Shown: positions 27,709 through 37,009 of the stretch, in pieces
Position numbering within the stretch: position 1 is the first letter of the stretch
Layout of the letters: each line of letters opens with the position of its first letter
Origin: Proteobacteria bacterium UBA6156
GTDB lineage: Bacteria; Pseudomonadota; Alphaproteobacteria; UBA2136; UBA6156
Direction of reading: 5' to 3'
Assembly: GCA_002422365.1 (NCBI GenBank)
Contig: DIUO01000036.1
Location: 38,759-102,758, forward strand
DNA length: 64,000 nucleotides
Position numbers and translations under genes: made by a program
The notes under the pieces: model-generated
What the model was told of the DNA's origin: nothing
Database searches by the model: none
What the model saw: the letters and a program-made list of their open reading frames with translations, nothing else

Positions 27709-28032
27709 ATGAACCTTCTCGGCAAAACCCTGGCAGTATGTGCGGCACTCCTTCTGAGTGCCGCTTCTGCCTATGCTGCCGAGACTTCCGACGTTGGTAA
27801 AGTCGAAGTAGAACTGCTGGTCAACATCTTCACCGGCAACATCGGCCTCGTTATTGGCTTCATCGTCACCATCATGGGCGTGTTTATGTTCATCAAGGGC
27901 GACAGCGGCGGTGCTGTCTACGTCGTCGTGCTGGGTGTGCTCATTACCATGCTTCCAGGCATTTACAATGGTTTAAGGCTTATTTTGTGCCCCATTGCCG
28001 AATCCCTCGGCGGCCAGTGTGGTGGCGGCTAA
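27709..28032 (+). CDS. VirB2/TraA/TrbC-like conjugative pilin precursor, copy 2
   Basis: 107 aa. Signal sequence ending AYA, two hydrophobic helices separated by KGDSGG, and a C-terminal Cys pair (CPIAESLGGQC). Same architecture as the upstream paralog. Confidence 0.6.
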   Translation: MNLLGKTLAVCAALLLSAASAYAAETSDVGKVEVELLVNIFTGNIGLVIGFIVTIMGVFMFIKGDSGGAVYVVVLGVLITMLPGIYNGLRLILCPIAESLGGQCGGG

Positions 28033-28036
28033 CGCC

Positions 28037-28306
28037 ATGCAAATGCGCGCCGTCCCCCGGAATATCGACAAACCCAACCGCACGCCGGAATACGCCGTAT
28101 CCTTCCTCTCCACTTACTACCTCACCCTATTTATCCTCAGCAAACCCCTTGTAGCTTTGTTGGCAGGTGCTCTTGCCACCTATGTTATGTATAAACTCAC
28201 GCTGGATAAACCCGAAGGCCTCGCCATGCGCTTGGCCTACCGCCACGTCAAGTTCGGCAAAATGCGCCCGGGGCCCAAGCACGCCCCCAAGCTGGAAGTC
28301 TCCTAG
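28037..28306 (+). CDS. small single-TM protein, TraL/VirB3-like by size and position
   Basis: 89 aa (F TraL is 91 aa), one TM. It sits immediately after the pilin genes, as in the F tra order traA-traL-traE-traK-traB. Confidence 0.45.
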   Translation: MQMRAVPRNIDKPNRTPEYAVSFLSTYYLTLFILSKPLVALLAGALATYVMYKLTLDKPEGLAMRLAYRHVKFGKMRPGPKHAPKLEVS

Positions 28307-28434
28307 ACGTCTCCTAACCGCAGCGCTGCCGCAAGCCTGCCACATGCAGGCGCACAAGCTGCCTGTTTTCACACCATCTCTCTCCCCAAGCCACCCAAAA
28401 GCGGGTAATCTTGCGGGCAAGGAGAAGAATATCC

Positions 28435-29091
28435 ATGGACTTTGTCGCACGCGCCGGTGCCGTTATCGACCGCGCCCACCGGGTAGCGGGCATTTTGCTG
28501 ATGTGCGTGCTGGTATTGGGGCTGGTGTCCACCTGCCAGCTTGTCAAAAACCAGCAACTGCAGGCCGAGATGAACGCCGCCCGCATCCGCTACCCGGTCA
28601 TTGTGGTGCCCGACGCCACCACCGGGGTCTACAGCCCCACCGAAGAAGACCGCCTCATATTCCTCTTTGCCGACTACGTCACCCAATCGCTCAATTCCTA
28701 TACACCCGAGAACATGAGCCGCCTCTATACCGACCTCCGCCCTTTCATGGGCCCGGCCCTGCAGGTCGACTCCGCCCCCCACTTCGAGCGTAAAATCCGC
28801 ACCACCGTCTCCGACCGCCGCTCCTCGTTCTTCGTGCCCGACCGCACCCAGGCCCCGAAAGTGGAAAAACGCCGCGTCAACGGGGTCGAGTTCCGCGATG
28901 TCGCCCTTGTCGGCCAGCTCAACAGCATGGTCGGCGGCACCCTGGCCGAGTCCACCCCGGTCGAGTACCAGATGACCTTCCAGAAGGTTTTCGCCAGCCC
29001 CAGCAACCCCTATGGCTTCCTGCTCACCAAATATGTCGAGAAACTGCTGCTCGACCCCAACAAAGCCCCGCAACTCCGCGCCCAACCCTAA
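28435..29091 (+). CDS. bitopic inner-membrane protein, TraE/VirB8-like by size and position
   Basis: ORF 28411..29091. The ATG MDFVARAG is preceded by the RBS aaggaga. One N-terminal TM plus an ~180-aa periplasmic domain (F TraE is 188 aa). Confidence 0.45.
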   Translation: MDFVARAGAVIDRAHRVAGILLMCVLVLGLVSTCQLVKNQQLQAEMNAARIRYPVIVVPDATTGVYSPTEEDRLIFLFADYVTQSLNSYTPENMSRLYTDLRPFMGPALQVDSAPHFERKIRTTVSDRRSSFFVPDRTQAPKVEKRRVNGVEFRDVALVGQLNSMVGGTLAESTPVEYQMTFQKVFASPSNPYGFLLTKYVEKLLLDPNKAPQLRAQP

Positions 29092-29112
29092 GCTCAATTA
29101 AGGAGACCCCAC

Positions 29113-29838
29113 ATGCGCCACGCCCTCATCCTCCTCGCCCTCCTCGCCGGGGCCTTCACCGTTGTCACTCCGCTGCTGGCCGACACCCTCGTCTGGCGCA
29201 GCCCCACCAAGCCGCTCACCATCGGGCTGTCCACGTCAGACTACACCCAGGTGATGTTCCCCGAGCCCATCAAGGCCGTGACACTTGAAAACCCCAGCTA
29301 CATCGACGGCAAACCCTTGGACGGCTACAACGGCCAGGCCATCATGTTCCAGTCCTTGCTGCCCAAAATGGCCACGCGCGGCTTCTTTGTAGGCCAGAGC
29401 GGCAACACCTACATCCTCATTCTCACCACCGACGTCCCCTACCGCACCTATATCGAAATTGTCGACGGCGTCGCCCTCAAACAAATGAAAGAAAGCATCG
29501 CCTCGCAAATGGCCCCGCACGACCTCGTCCGCGCCATGGCGATGGATGCCGACGTGGCGGGCATCACGCGCGAAACCTACGTCATTCCCAACTGGTTCCG
29601 GGGCAGCGGGATGACCTTCGACCTCTCCGAAGTCTGGCAATCGCCCACCATGACCGGCCTGGTGGTGCATGTGCGGAACGAAAACCCCACCCCGAACGAG
29701 GTCAACCTGCCCGCAGTGGTCATCCCCCAAACGTCCGAGTGGGGCAACCTGCGCTTTGCCAGCATGGAAAATCTCCGCCTGGCGCCCGCCGGCCAACCGA
29801 ACGACAAAGGCGTGCTGTTCCTCATCTTCCTGCGCTAA
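29113..29838 (+). CDS. periplasmic protein, TraK/VirB9-like by size and position
   Basis: 241 aa with a signal peptide (F TraK is 242 aa). Beta-rich composition. Its position between the TraE-like gene and the later TraB-like gene matches the F order. Confidence 0.5.
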   Translation: MRHALILLALLAGAFTVVTPLLADTLVWRSPTKPLTIGLSTSDYTQVMFPEPIKAVTLENPSYIDGKPLDGYNGQAIMFQSLLPKMATRGFFVGQSGNTYILILTTDVPYRTYIEIVDGVALKQMKESIASQMAPHDLVRAMAMDADVAGITRETYVIPNWFRGSGMTFDLSEVWQSPTMTGLVVHVRNENPTPNEVNLPAVVIPQTSEWGNLRFASMENLRLAPAGQPNDKGVLFLIFLR

Positions 29839-29943
29839 CTGCGTGGCAGCAAGGGAGCCAACGTGGCAAAAACCCCGCGCAGCCCAACCTCTATGCGGCC
29901 TTTCCCCTTGGCAAACCGGGCACACCGCCCCTATAACAGTGTC

Positions 29944-30705
29944 ATGAACCTTTCTCGGGTCGTGCTGGCATGCTGCTTTATCGCCGCCATAAGTATGGCG
30001 TGGCCCGCGCGTGCCGACTACGACAACGACCCCTTCGACCCCCTCATAGCCCGCGACGCCTGGATGCTCATCGCCCGTGCCGAGCGGGAAAACGAAATCC
30101 CGGCAGGCCTGCTGCACGCCATGAGCTTAGTGGAAACCGGCAAAGGTATCCGCGGCTGGGTGCTGCCCTGGCCCTACACGGTCGGGGTCAACGGCACCGG
30201 CACGCAGCGCTTCACCAGCCGAGACGAAGCCCTCGCCGCTCTCAGCCGCTACCGCAAGCTCGGCTTTGTGCGCTACAACCTCACCGCCCAGGGGGTGCGC
30301 CTCAGCAAGGCCACCTCGGTGCAGGTCGCGGCGGCGCTCGGCGGGCTTCCGGCCAGCAGCGTCATCACGCTGGAAGGCATCAATTTCGGCCGCCGCTTCA
30401 ACAGCGAGACTGAAGCCGCCACCTTCCTCCGCAACATGTTCGCCCAGGGCTACCGCAATGTCGATGTCGGCATGATGCAAATCAACTGGCGCGTCCACAG
30501 CCAGCACTTCCGCAGTATCGAAGACGCCCTCAACCCTTCCACCAACCTCAACTACGCCGTGCGCTACTTGCTGGAGCACCGCCAAACCCGCGACTGGTGG
30601 GGCTCGGTCGGCCGTTACCACAGCGGCACCAGCCGCTACGCTAGCCGCTATATTCGTAATGTTTACAACATGTACCTTCGCATCCACCGGGTGAGCACCA
30701 GCTGA
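29944..30705 (+). CDS. lytic transglycosylase (SLT domain; VirB1/PilT(R64)-like role)
   Basis: ORF 29863..30705. Start at MNLSRVV (29944) with a signal sequence. SLT motifs AMSLVETG, DVGMMQINWRVH, NLNYAVRYL. Confidence 0.8.
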   Translation: MNLSRVVLACCFIAAISMAWPARADYDNDPFDPLIARDAWMLIARAERENEIPAGLLHAMSLVETGKGIRGWVLPWPYTVGVNGTGTQRFTSRDEALAALSRYRKLGFVRYNLTAQGVRLSKATSVQVAAALGGLPASSVITLEGINFGRRFNSETEAATFLRNMFAQGYRNVDVGMMQINWRVHSQHFRSIEDALNPSTNLNYAVRYLLEHRQTRDWWGSVGRYHSGTSRYASRYIRNVYNMYLRIHRVSTS

Positions 30706-32522
30706 TGACCGCCCCCCACCCGCCCGCACCCGCCTGGACGCCCCAACAGCAGCACGTGCTGGCCCACACCGGCAGCAGCCTGGTGGTGGGGGTGCCCGGC
30801 AGCGGCAAAACGGTGCTGTTGTTGGCGCAGGCCGAGCACCTGCTGGCCCAGGGCCACAAAGTCGCTCTGGCCACCTTTTCCTTCCGCAGCCACCAATATG
30901 TCAAATCGCTGGCAAGCCCGGCTCTGGTTAAGGTGTGGGATAAACTCAGCAGCGGCACCCTTCGCGACCTCGCCATCCAGCAGCTGCACACCGCCGGGCA
31001 AAGTTTCAGCTTTGCCAGCAACAATCAGGTGAGGGAAATCCTGCGCACCCTCATCCCCGCCCAGGCGTTTCCGGGCACCCTGGCCGACGCCGAGCACATC
31101 ATCCGCAGCGCCAAGGCCCGCGCCAAAAAATTGCCGGAGTCCGACCGCTACTACCCCTTCGTCCAAGCCTACCAAGCGCGGCTGGAAGAACTCGGCCTGG
31201 CCGACCGCCACGACATCGTCCGCCGCCATGTGCTGGGCATGCGCGATGGCTCCGTCCCGCCGCTGCCCGTCAGCCACCTGCTGCTGGATAACGTCCAGGA
31301 CGCCACCGAACTTCAGCTCATCTGGCTGCAAATGCACTTGGCCCACAGCATCACGCTCATGCTGGTGGGCGACGACGACCTCACCGCTTTCGGGCAAGAC
31401 GGTGCCCGTGGCCCGGCCGCCTTGGAGCAAATCGAAAGCTGGGGCGATATCACCCGCTTTAATCTCAGCCACAGCCACCGCCTGGCCCCGGCGTTGCTGC
31501 CGGCGGTGGCCAAGGTGGCGCGGCAACTGCGCACGCGCATTGCCAAAACGCCCGAGGCTGCTGCTCCCACACCCTCCCAGGCCGCAGTCATTCCCGCCAC
31601 CCTGCGGGTCGAGCACTTCCCCAATGCCCCCGCCGAGCATGTCTTTCTGGCCGAATACTGCCAGGCGCTGCTGCGCGGGCAACCCAATGCCGCGCGCGGC
31701 ACGGTCGGCATCATCACCCGCACCCATTTCGAGTCCGCCTGCATCACCCACGCCCTCCGCCGCCACGGCCTCAACCCCGCCAGCTACGCGCGGCTTATCT
31801 GGGAGGAACGTACCCCCCAAATCATCCTCTCCCTGCTCTATCTCATGCTCGGCCAGGGCAATAATGGCCACTTGCACTTGGTGTTGCTGGGCTTTGGGGT
31901 TCCCGCCCCGGCGGTTATGGCGTTGTTCCAGGCGGGCCTGCGGGCCGAGTCCTGGGGCGCCTCCGGCTTTGCCCTGCCGCCGCTCACGCACGAATCCCCT
32001 ACCACCGTCGCCGCCTTGCAGCAGGTGCGGCGCAGCCTGCGCACCGCCCACCAGTTGCTGCACATGCCGCAAACCCCGGCGCCCGAGAACCCCCTGACCC
32101 CCCGCACCATCTTCAAAGCTCTGGTGGCCGACCTTCTCCCGCACTTGCCGGAGTCCGAACACCCCGCCGCCCTGCTGGCCACCGACATGCTCCTCACCCT
32201 GTCCGGTAAACTGACGGAAGTTCTCCCCCGCGTCCGTACCGAAACCCTGCCGGATATGGCCAGCCCCATCGTGGTCGCACCGGTGCGCGAAACGCGCAAC
32301 CAGCAGTTCGGCACCGTCATCATTCCCTATGCCTCGGCCACCACCTGGCCACACCCGCCTTCGGCCTTGCTGGGGGCCGAGCCCGACCACGACCGCCGCC
32401 TCATGTACCTCGCGCTTACCCGCAGCGCCGGGTCGCTGGTCTTCACCCGCCACACGCCTGAGGCTTCGCCTTACGTGCAAGAGCTCCAGCAAAACCTCAA
32501 GCAGCAAACCCGCAAAGGCTAG
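30705..32522 (+). CDS. UvrD/Rep-family superfamily-1 DNA helicase
   Basis: 605 aa. Walker A GVPGSGKT; motif VI-like LMYLALTRSAGSLVF near the C-terminus; UvrD-like 1A/2A layout. The start overlaps the SLT gene stop by 1 nt (TGATG). Confidence 0.8.
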   Translation: MTAPHPPAPAWTPQQQHVLAHTGSSLVVGVPGSGKTVLLLAQAEHLLAQGHKVALATFSFRSHQYVKSLASPALVKVWDKLSSGTLRDLAIQQLHTAGQSFSFASNNQVREILRTLIPAQAFPGTLADAEHIIRSAKARAKKLPESDRYYPFVQAYQARLEELGLADRHDIVRRHVLGMRDGSVPPLPVSHLLLDNVQDATELQLIWLQMHLAHSITLMLVGDDDLTAFGQDGARGPAALEQIESWGDITRFNLSHSHRLAPALLPAVAKVARQLRTRIAKTPEAAAPTPSQAAVIPATLRVEHFPNAPAEHVFLAEYCQALLRGQPNAARGTVGIITRTHFESACITHALRRHGLNPASYARLIWEERTPQIILSLLYLMLGQGNNGHLHLVLLGFGVPAPAVMALFQAGLRAESWGASGFALPPLTHESPTTVAALQQVRRSLRTAHQLLHMPQTPAPENPLTPRTIFKALVADLLPHLPESEHPAALLATDMLLTLSGKLTEVLPRVRTETLPDMASPIVVAPVRETRNQQFGTVIIPYASATTWPHPPSALLGAEPDHDRRLMYLALTRSAGSLVFTRHTPEASPYVQELQQNLKQQTRKG

Positions 32523-32633
32523 CTCTGCCGCGGTGTTGCCCGTCAAAGGCTACCTTAAGGCTACCTTTTGGCCACACCCTGTCAGTTTTTTGCGGCCACA
32601 GGCGCTCACGTAAACTGACACCCCCCTCAAACC

Positions 32634-35039
32634 GTGGCATGCTGGGCCCAACAACAAAAAAGCATCGTCTCCCGCATGAAGAAGGCCACCAAAGCTGCCC
32701 CCCGCACCTCTGCCGCAGCCCGCAAATCTCCCGCCGCACCCTCCGGCGGCGCTAAATCCGCCAAGGTCGCTGCGGCGTCAGCGTCCGCCGGTAAAGTGTC
32801 GCCCAAAGTATTGCCCAAGGCTGTGCCTATGGCCCCGGCTGTAAAAGCGGCGGCGGCGGTTAAGGCACCCACCAAAGGCCAGCAACGCCAAATCGCTCGG
32901 GTGCAGGCCGAGGTCGATACCAAAAAAGCCAACGACGAAGGCTTCCAGCTGGCGCGCAAAAACGCCGTCAAATACCTGCACAGCCGCCGCCAGGCCATTT
33001 TCGCGCTGGCCCGGCACTTCCACCTGGATGCCGACGATCTTCAACAAGAAGCCTACGAAGTGCTGCTCACCTGCCTGCGCGACTTCAACCCCCTCTACAC
33101 CAAGGCCGACGGCTCCACCGTCAGCGTCCAGTTCAACACCTTTTTCGGCAACCGCTTAGAGGGCAAGGCGCTGGAGCAACGCAACCGCGACCCCGAATAC
33201 CAGGCCCGCCAGGCGCACGTGCAAGACATGTCCGACGAAGACCGCGCCGATTTCCGTAAAAACCCGCCCTTGCTGGTGCAACACCTCGACCAGGAAACCA
33301 CCCTGCAAGAAAACCTGCGCGGCGAAGTTGCCGCCGCCCAGCGCTCCCGCCAAACCAACATGGCCCTCAAGGTCGCGCAAGACAGCTTCATCGAGAAAAA
33401 ACTCAACGATCTCATCGCCGCCGAGCGCGACGACAAACGCCGCGCCGCCCTCATGCACGTCAAGGTCGGCGGGGTCAGCAGTTTTGAAGAAATTGCCTAC
33501 CACTTCGGCGTCACCGACAGCCGCGCCAGCCAGATCCTCAACGAGCTGATGGACGCCTTCTACGTCCAGCGCCTGCTCGACGGCGATCTCAAAAGCGTGA
33601 TGTACGACTTCCGCAAGCTCAGCATGCAGCCCAAGCGCAGCCAGCGCCTGCTGGAAGACGCCATGCGCCACGCCCCCGCCCCCCGCGCCGCCGACATCGC
33701 CGCCCTCTTCGGCACCGACTATCCCGAACTGCGCGAGGTGCTCACCTCGCTGCCGCGCCCCGGCCTGGCCACGGCGGCAGTGGCTGAAAATACCGGCGAA
33801 GCGCCCACCGAATCCGGCCCGGCCCTCCCCGCCCAACTCACCCCCGCCGAAGACGACCAGTTCCCGCTGCAAGCCGTGGAATGGCGCGACATTTCCGGCC
33901 TCACCGCCCTGGGCGTGGTGTTCCGCCCCACGCCCAGCCAGGCGCCAGAAGATATGGCCCATATCCGCCAAATATCCGCTCACCCGGCCGAGGCCTGGCC
34001 GCCCCTGCTCATCACGCCGGAAGGCGGAGTTATCGATGGCGAACGCCGCATTGCCGCCGCCCGCGCCAAGGGCATCACCCGCCTGCTGTGCCAGGTGCGC
34101 ACCATTCCCAGCCCGGCGCTGGCGCGCCAGTTGCGCGTGTGCCTCAACAGCCGCGTGCGCCCGCTCGATAAAATCGAACTCTACTTCGCCATCGGCGCCC
34201 TGTCCGAGCTCGGCCTCACCCAGGGCGTCATCGCTCAGGCCCTCGGCACCAGCCGCCCGAACGTGATCGTCTACGCCAAAGTGCGCGAAAAGGCCTCCCC
34301 CCGCCTGCGCCAGCTGTTCGAAGACGGCCTCATCCAGATCACCAACGCCAGCAGCGCGGCCGACCTCCCCGTGCAAGCCCAAGACGACATGGCCGACTTC
34401 ATCCGCCAATACGGCGCGGGCTGGGGCCGTGGCCCCCAGTTTAACGAGCTTTATGCCGCCGCCGCCGAAGGCCAGATTGCCGCACTGGTGCCCCCCCAAC
34501 TGGGCGGCCCCCAGCCCATGCCCGGCACGGTGCTGCCCATGCCGCGTTTCCCCGCGCCGCAGCACATCGAATCCCCTACCTCCGGCGCCCAATTGGTGGC
34601 CCCTCCCGGAGCACTATCGCCCACCCTGGCGGCAGCCCTTAAAAAACGGCAAGAGGCGCTCGAAACCGCCCTGCGCGACAGCGAAATCTGGGCCCGCCAG
34701 CGCGAAGCCACCATTGCCAGCCAAACCAGCCAGCTGCACGACCTCCGCCAGCAACTGGAAAGCTACAAGCGCGAGCTCGAAGCCCAAAGCCTGCTGCAAC
34801 ATGGCGATGCCGCCACCATGGCCAATTACCTGAAAGAAATGAAAGCCTTCTACGCGGTGCAAGAGCGCCTCGCCTCGGCCATCTACCAGCTGGAAAAAAC
34901 CCAAACCGCCGTGCGCAGCCTCAATCTCACCCACCGCCAAACGGTGGAACTTGAGCACCTGCTGGAAAAAATCGCCACCCTCCAAACCGCTTTGCGCGTG
35001 CAACTGGTCAAATCCCCCCCGCCGGAAAACCCGCGTTAG
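32634..35039 (+). CDS. multidomain fusion: Lys/Ala-rich H1-like tail, ECF-type sigma-70 region 2 and region 4, ParB/Srx N-terminal domain with HTH, and a C-terminal coiled coil
   Basis: 801 aa. Region-2-like DLQQEAYEVLLTCLRDFNP...FFGNRLEGKALEQRNRD. Region-4-like SSFEEIAYHFGVTDSRASQILNEL. ParB-N-like PLLITPEGGVIDGERRIAAARAKGITRL. HTH LGLTQGVIAQALGTSRPNV. The start is uncertain (32634 or the ATG at 32676). Confidence 0.65.
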   Translation: MACWAQQQKSIVSRMKKATKAAPRTSAAARKSPAAPSGGAKSAKVAAASASAGKVSPKVLPKAVPMAPAVKAAAAVKAPTKGQQRQIARVQAEVDTKKANDEGFQLARKNAVKYLHSRRQAIFALARHFHLDADDLQQEAYEVLLTCLRDFNPLYTKADGSTVSVQFNTFFGNRLEGKALEQRNRDPEYQARQAHVQDMSDEDRADFRKNPPLLVQHLDQETTLQENLRGEVAAAQRSRQTNMALKVAQDSFIEKKLNDLIAAERDDKRRAALMHVKVGGVSSFEEIAYHFGVTDSRASQILNELMDAFYVQRLLDGDLKSVMYDFRKLSMQPKRSQRLLEDAMRHAPAPRAADIAALFGTDYPELREVLTSLPRPGLATAAVAENTGEAPTESGPALPAQLTPAEDDQFPLQAVEWRDISGLTALGVVFRPTPSQAPEDMAHIRQISAHPAEAWPPLLITPEGGVIDGERRIAAARAKGITRLLCQVRTIPSPALARQLRVCLNSRVRPLDKIELYFAIGALSELGLTQGVIAQALGTSRPNVIVYAKVREKASPRLRQLFEDGLIQITNASSAADLPVQAQDDMADFIRQYGAGWGRGPQFNELYAAAAEGQIAALVPPQLGGPQPMPGTVLPMPRFPAPQHIESPTSGAQLVAPPGALSPTLAAALKKRQEALETALRDSEIWARQREATIASQTSQLHDLRQQLESYKRELEAQSLLQHGDAATMANYLKEMKAFYAVQERLASAIYQLEKTQTAVRSLNLTHRQTVELEHLLEKIATLQTALRVQLVKSPPPENPR

Positions 35040-35079
35040 CACTTGTCAAATGGCCTTTCCCGCACCAAACTTTAAGAAG

Positions 35080-36888
35080 ATGAGAATATTCGCCCACTTT
35101 GGTATATGTCTAGCGCTTACAGTAGCGTGTTTTATAACAATATCCTACAGTTATGCTCAAAATGGTCAGGGTGGCGGCACCAATACCTCTAATAATGTCC
35201 CAAGTGCCGACCTCTACCTCTCCCCCCGGCTGCCCGATAGCTATTCCTCCAGTCTCCGCTTCCCCCCCAGCGGCGCCATCAACATTTCTCCTAACGAGAA
35301 TAACGGGCCCATTTCCAACACTTTCGACCCCACCCTTGGCGCGGTCGGCGAAATCAGCAACTCACTCGGCTGCGCCGGGGTCGGTCAGGGAGAATTCACC
35401 AGCGGCCTCTTTAACATGCCGGAGGTTTATACCAAATTTCAGCAAGATGTTCAGTCTTCGCTCTCCAAGCAACTCCTGTCGCTCAACTTTGTCATGCCGC
35501 AAACCTCGGCCCTGTTCGACCAACTCAACACCATCGGCAACCAACGCTACGACCAATTCCAGCGCGGCTGCACCGTTACACCCGTTCAGGCCGACGCCAA
35601 ACAGAACTACATGCTGGCCTGCGTCGAGAAACTCATTCCGGAACGCGAGACAATCATAGAAGAGACGAACAATCAGCAGGCGCAAACCGCGCGTATCCCA
35701 GAAGATCAGATCGGCCCTATGGCTTACGCCCAAGCCTGGGAAATCTGCGCCAACCAGTACGTCAGCAACACCACTGCGATGGAAGTCCGGACGGAAAGAC
35801 TGACAGCTTATTATACGAAACTCCGTGAAGCCGAACGCGTCGACCTCGCCATACGCCCGTTACTGTGCCAAATCACGCAGGAGGGTGACGAAGACGGTGC
35901 CGGTTGCTGGGCCAAATTCCTCATCCCGCAAGTCCGTATTTGTCTAGGCAACAATCTGGAAGGTGGCTGCACCGAAGGTGTTTACGGCGTCAAAGAACCA
36001 CTCGTACCCATGCAACGCCTCTTCGACACGATGCGTTTCATCATGGAAAATGATGTCATTCAAAACCGTGTTGTGCCGTTCAACAACGGCATCCGCGCGC
36101 TGAACGCCTCCACCCGCCAGCAAGCTGCCCGAGAAGCCACCATCGTCATGAGCACAACCAAACTGACAGGAAGCAGCACCACACTGGTCGGCCAGGTAGC
36201 TGTTATGCCGACCGAGGCGGTACGCGATTTTCAGTTAAATTATCTCAGCTGCAAAAACAACGATGTTCTCAACGGCTATCGTCAATACAAACGCTTTATC
36301 GAAAAGCAAATGAACCAAAATGGGGCTACGTCCGATATACCCGACCTCCTTCCCTTTAATTTTGCAGTGATAGAATCCACTATAGAAAAAATGGAGCTCG
36401 CCGCCGAAGAGAATAGCACGTCCGACGAAGCCGACATTAAAGCCGTCTCGGCCCTGCTGGAATCGGCCATGGGCTGCACCGCCAACCAATCCATCCCGAT
36501 CTTCGACCCCAACATCACCGCAGCCCTGCAAACCACCTGCTCCGACGAAGACATCTATGCCTTCTATAGTATTGCGGGCAACGATGTTGCCGCCGCATCC
36601 ACACGTGATGTCTACCGCTACTTGAACTTCAAACTCAAGCAAGCCTATACACGCTTAATGACAGAAGCCATGGTGCCTGTGTCCGACACCACCAACACCT
36701 CGGTTAGCCCCACATATGGGCCAGAGCTGAACGCCAAATTCGCGCAGGTCGTCAAAGATGTGATGATTCCCTATACCGAAACACAAATCGAACGCCTTAA
36801 CGACATCAATGCGTCACGCGGCCAACTGGGGCAGCTGGTGAACGAAATCTACGCCAGTAAAAACGGCTGCAACCCAAAAACTCCGTAA
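35080..36888 (+). CDS. secreted Cys-rich protein (14 Cys), TraN-sized (602 aa) candidate mating-pair-stabilisation/outer-membrane protein
   Basis: ORF 34951..36888. Signal sequence MRIFAHFGICLALTVACFITISYSYA. Multiple spaced Cys residues. 602 aa, equal to F TraN; no motif-level confirmation is possible by eye. Confidence 0.45.
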   Translation: MRIFAHFGICLALTVACFITISYSYAQNGQGGGTNTSNNVPSADLYLSPRLPDSYSSSLRFPPSGAINISPNENNGPISNTFDPTLGAVGEISNSLGCAGVGQGEFTSGLFNMPEVYTKFQQDVQSSLSKQLLSLNFVMPQTSALFDQLNTIGNQRYDQFQRGCTVTPVQADAKQNYMLACVEKLIPERETIIEETNNQQAQTARIPEDQIGPMAYAQAWEICANQYVSNTTAMEVRTERLTAYYTKLREAERVDLAIRPLLCQITQEGDEDGAGCWAKFLIPQVRICLGNNLEGGCTEGVYGVKEPLVPMQRLFDTMRFIMENDVIQNRVVPFNNGIRALNASTRQQAAREATIVMSTTKLTGSSTTLVGQVAVMPTEAVRDFQLNYLSCKNNDVLNGYRQYKRFIEKQMNQNGATSDIPDLLPFNFAVIESTIEKMELAAEENSTSDEADIKAVSALLESAMGCTANQSIPIFDPNITAALQTTCSDEDIYAFYSIAGNDVAAASTRDVYRYLNFKLKQAYTRLMTEAMVPVSDTTNTSVSPTYGPELNAKFAQVVKDVMIPYTETQIERLNDINASRGQLGQLVNEIYASKNGCNPKTP

Positions 36889-37009
36889 CCCTACGGCCCC
36901 ACCGCCCGTTCTTTCACCATCATGTCTCTCGGCCACACACGATAACGGCTGACAACGCCGAAAAACTTGGGCATTATCCTGGCCAACGGTAACCAGGTAA
37001 CAACAATTC

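Noticed and set aside
30663-34592. Minus-strand ORFs 30663..32546 (627 aa) and 33156..34592 (478 aa)
   Set aside because: They lie antisense to the UvrD-like helicase and the sigma/ParB fusion, which carry unambiguous Walker/HTH motifs. Their composition is G/R/A-biased.
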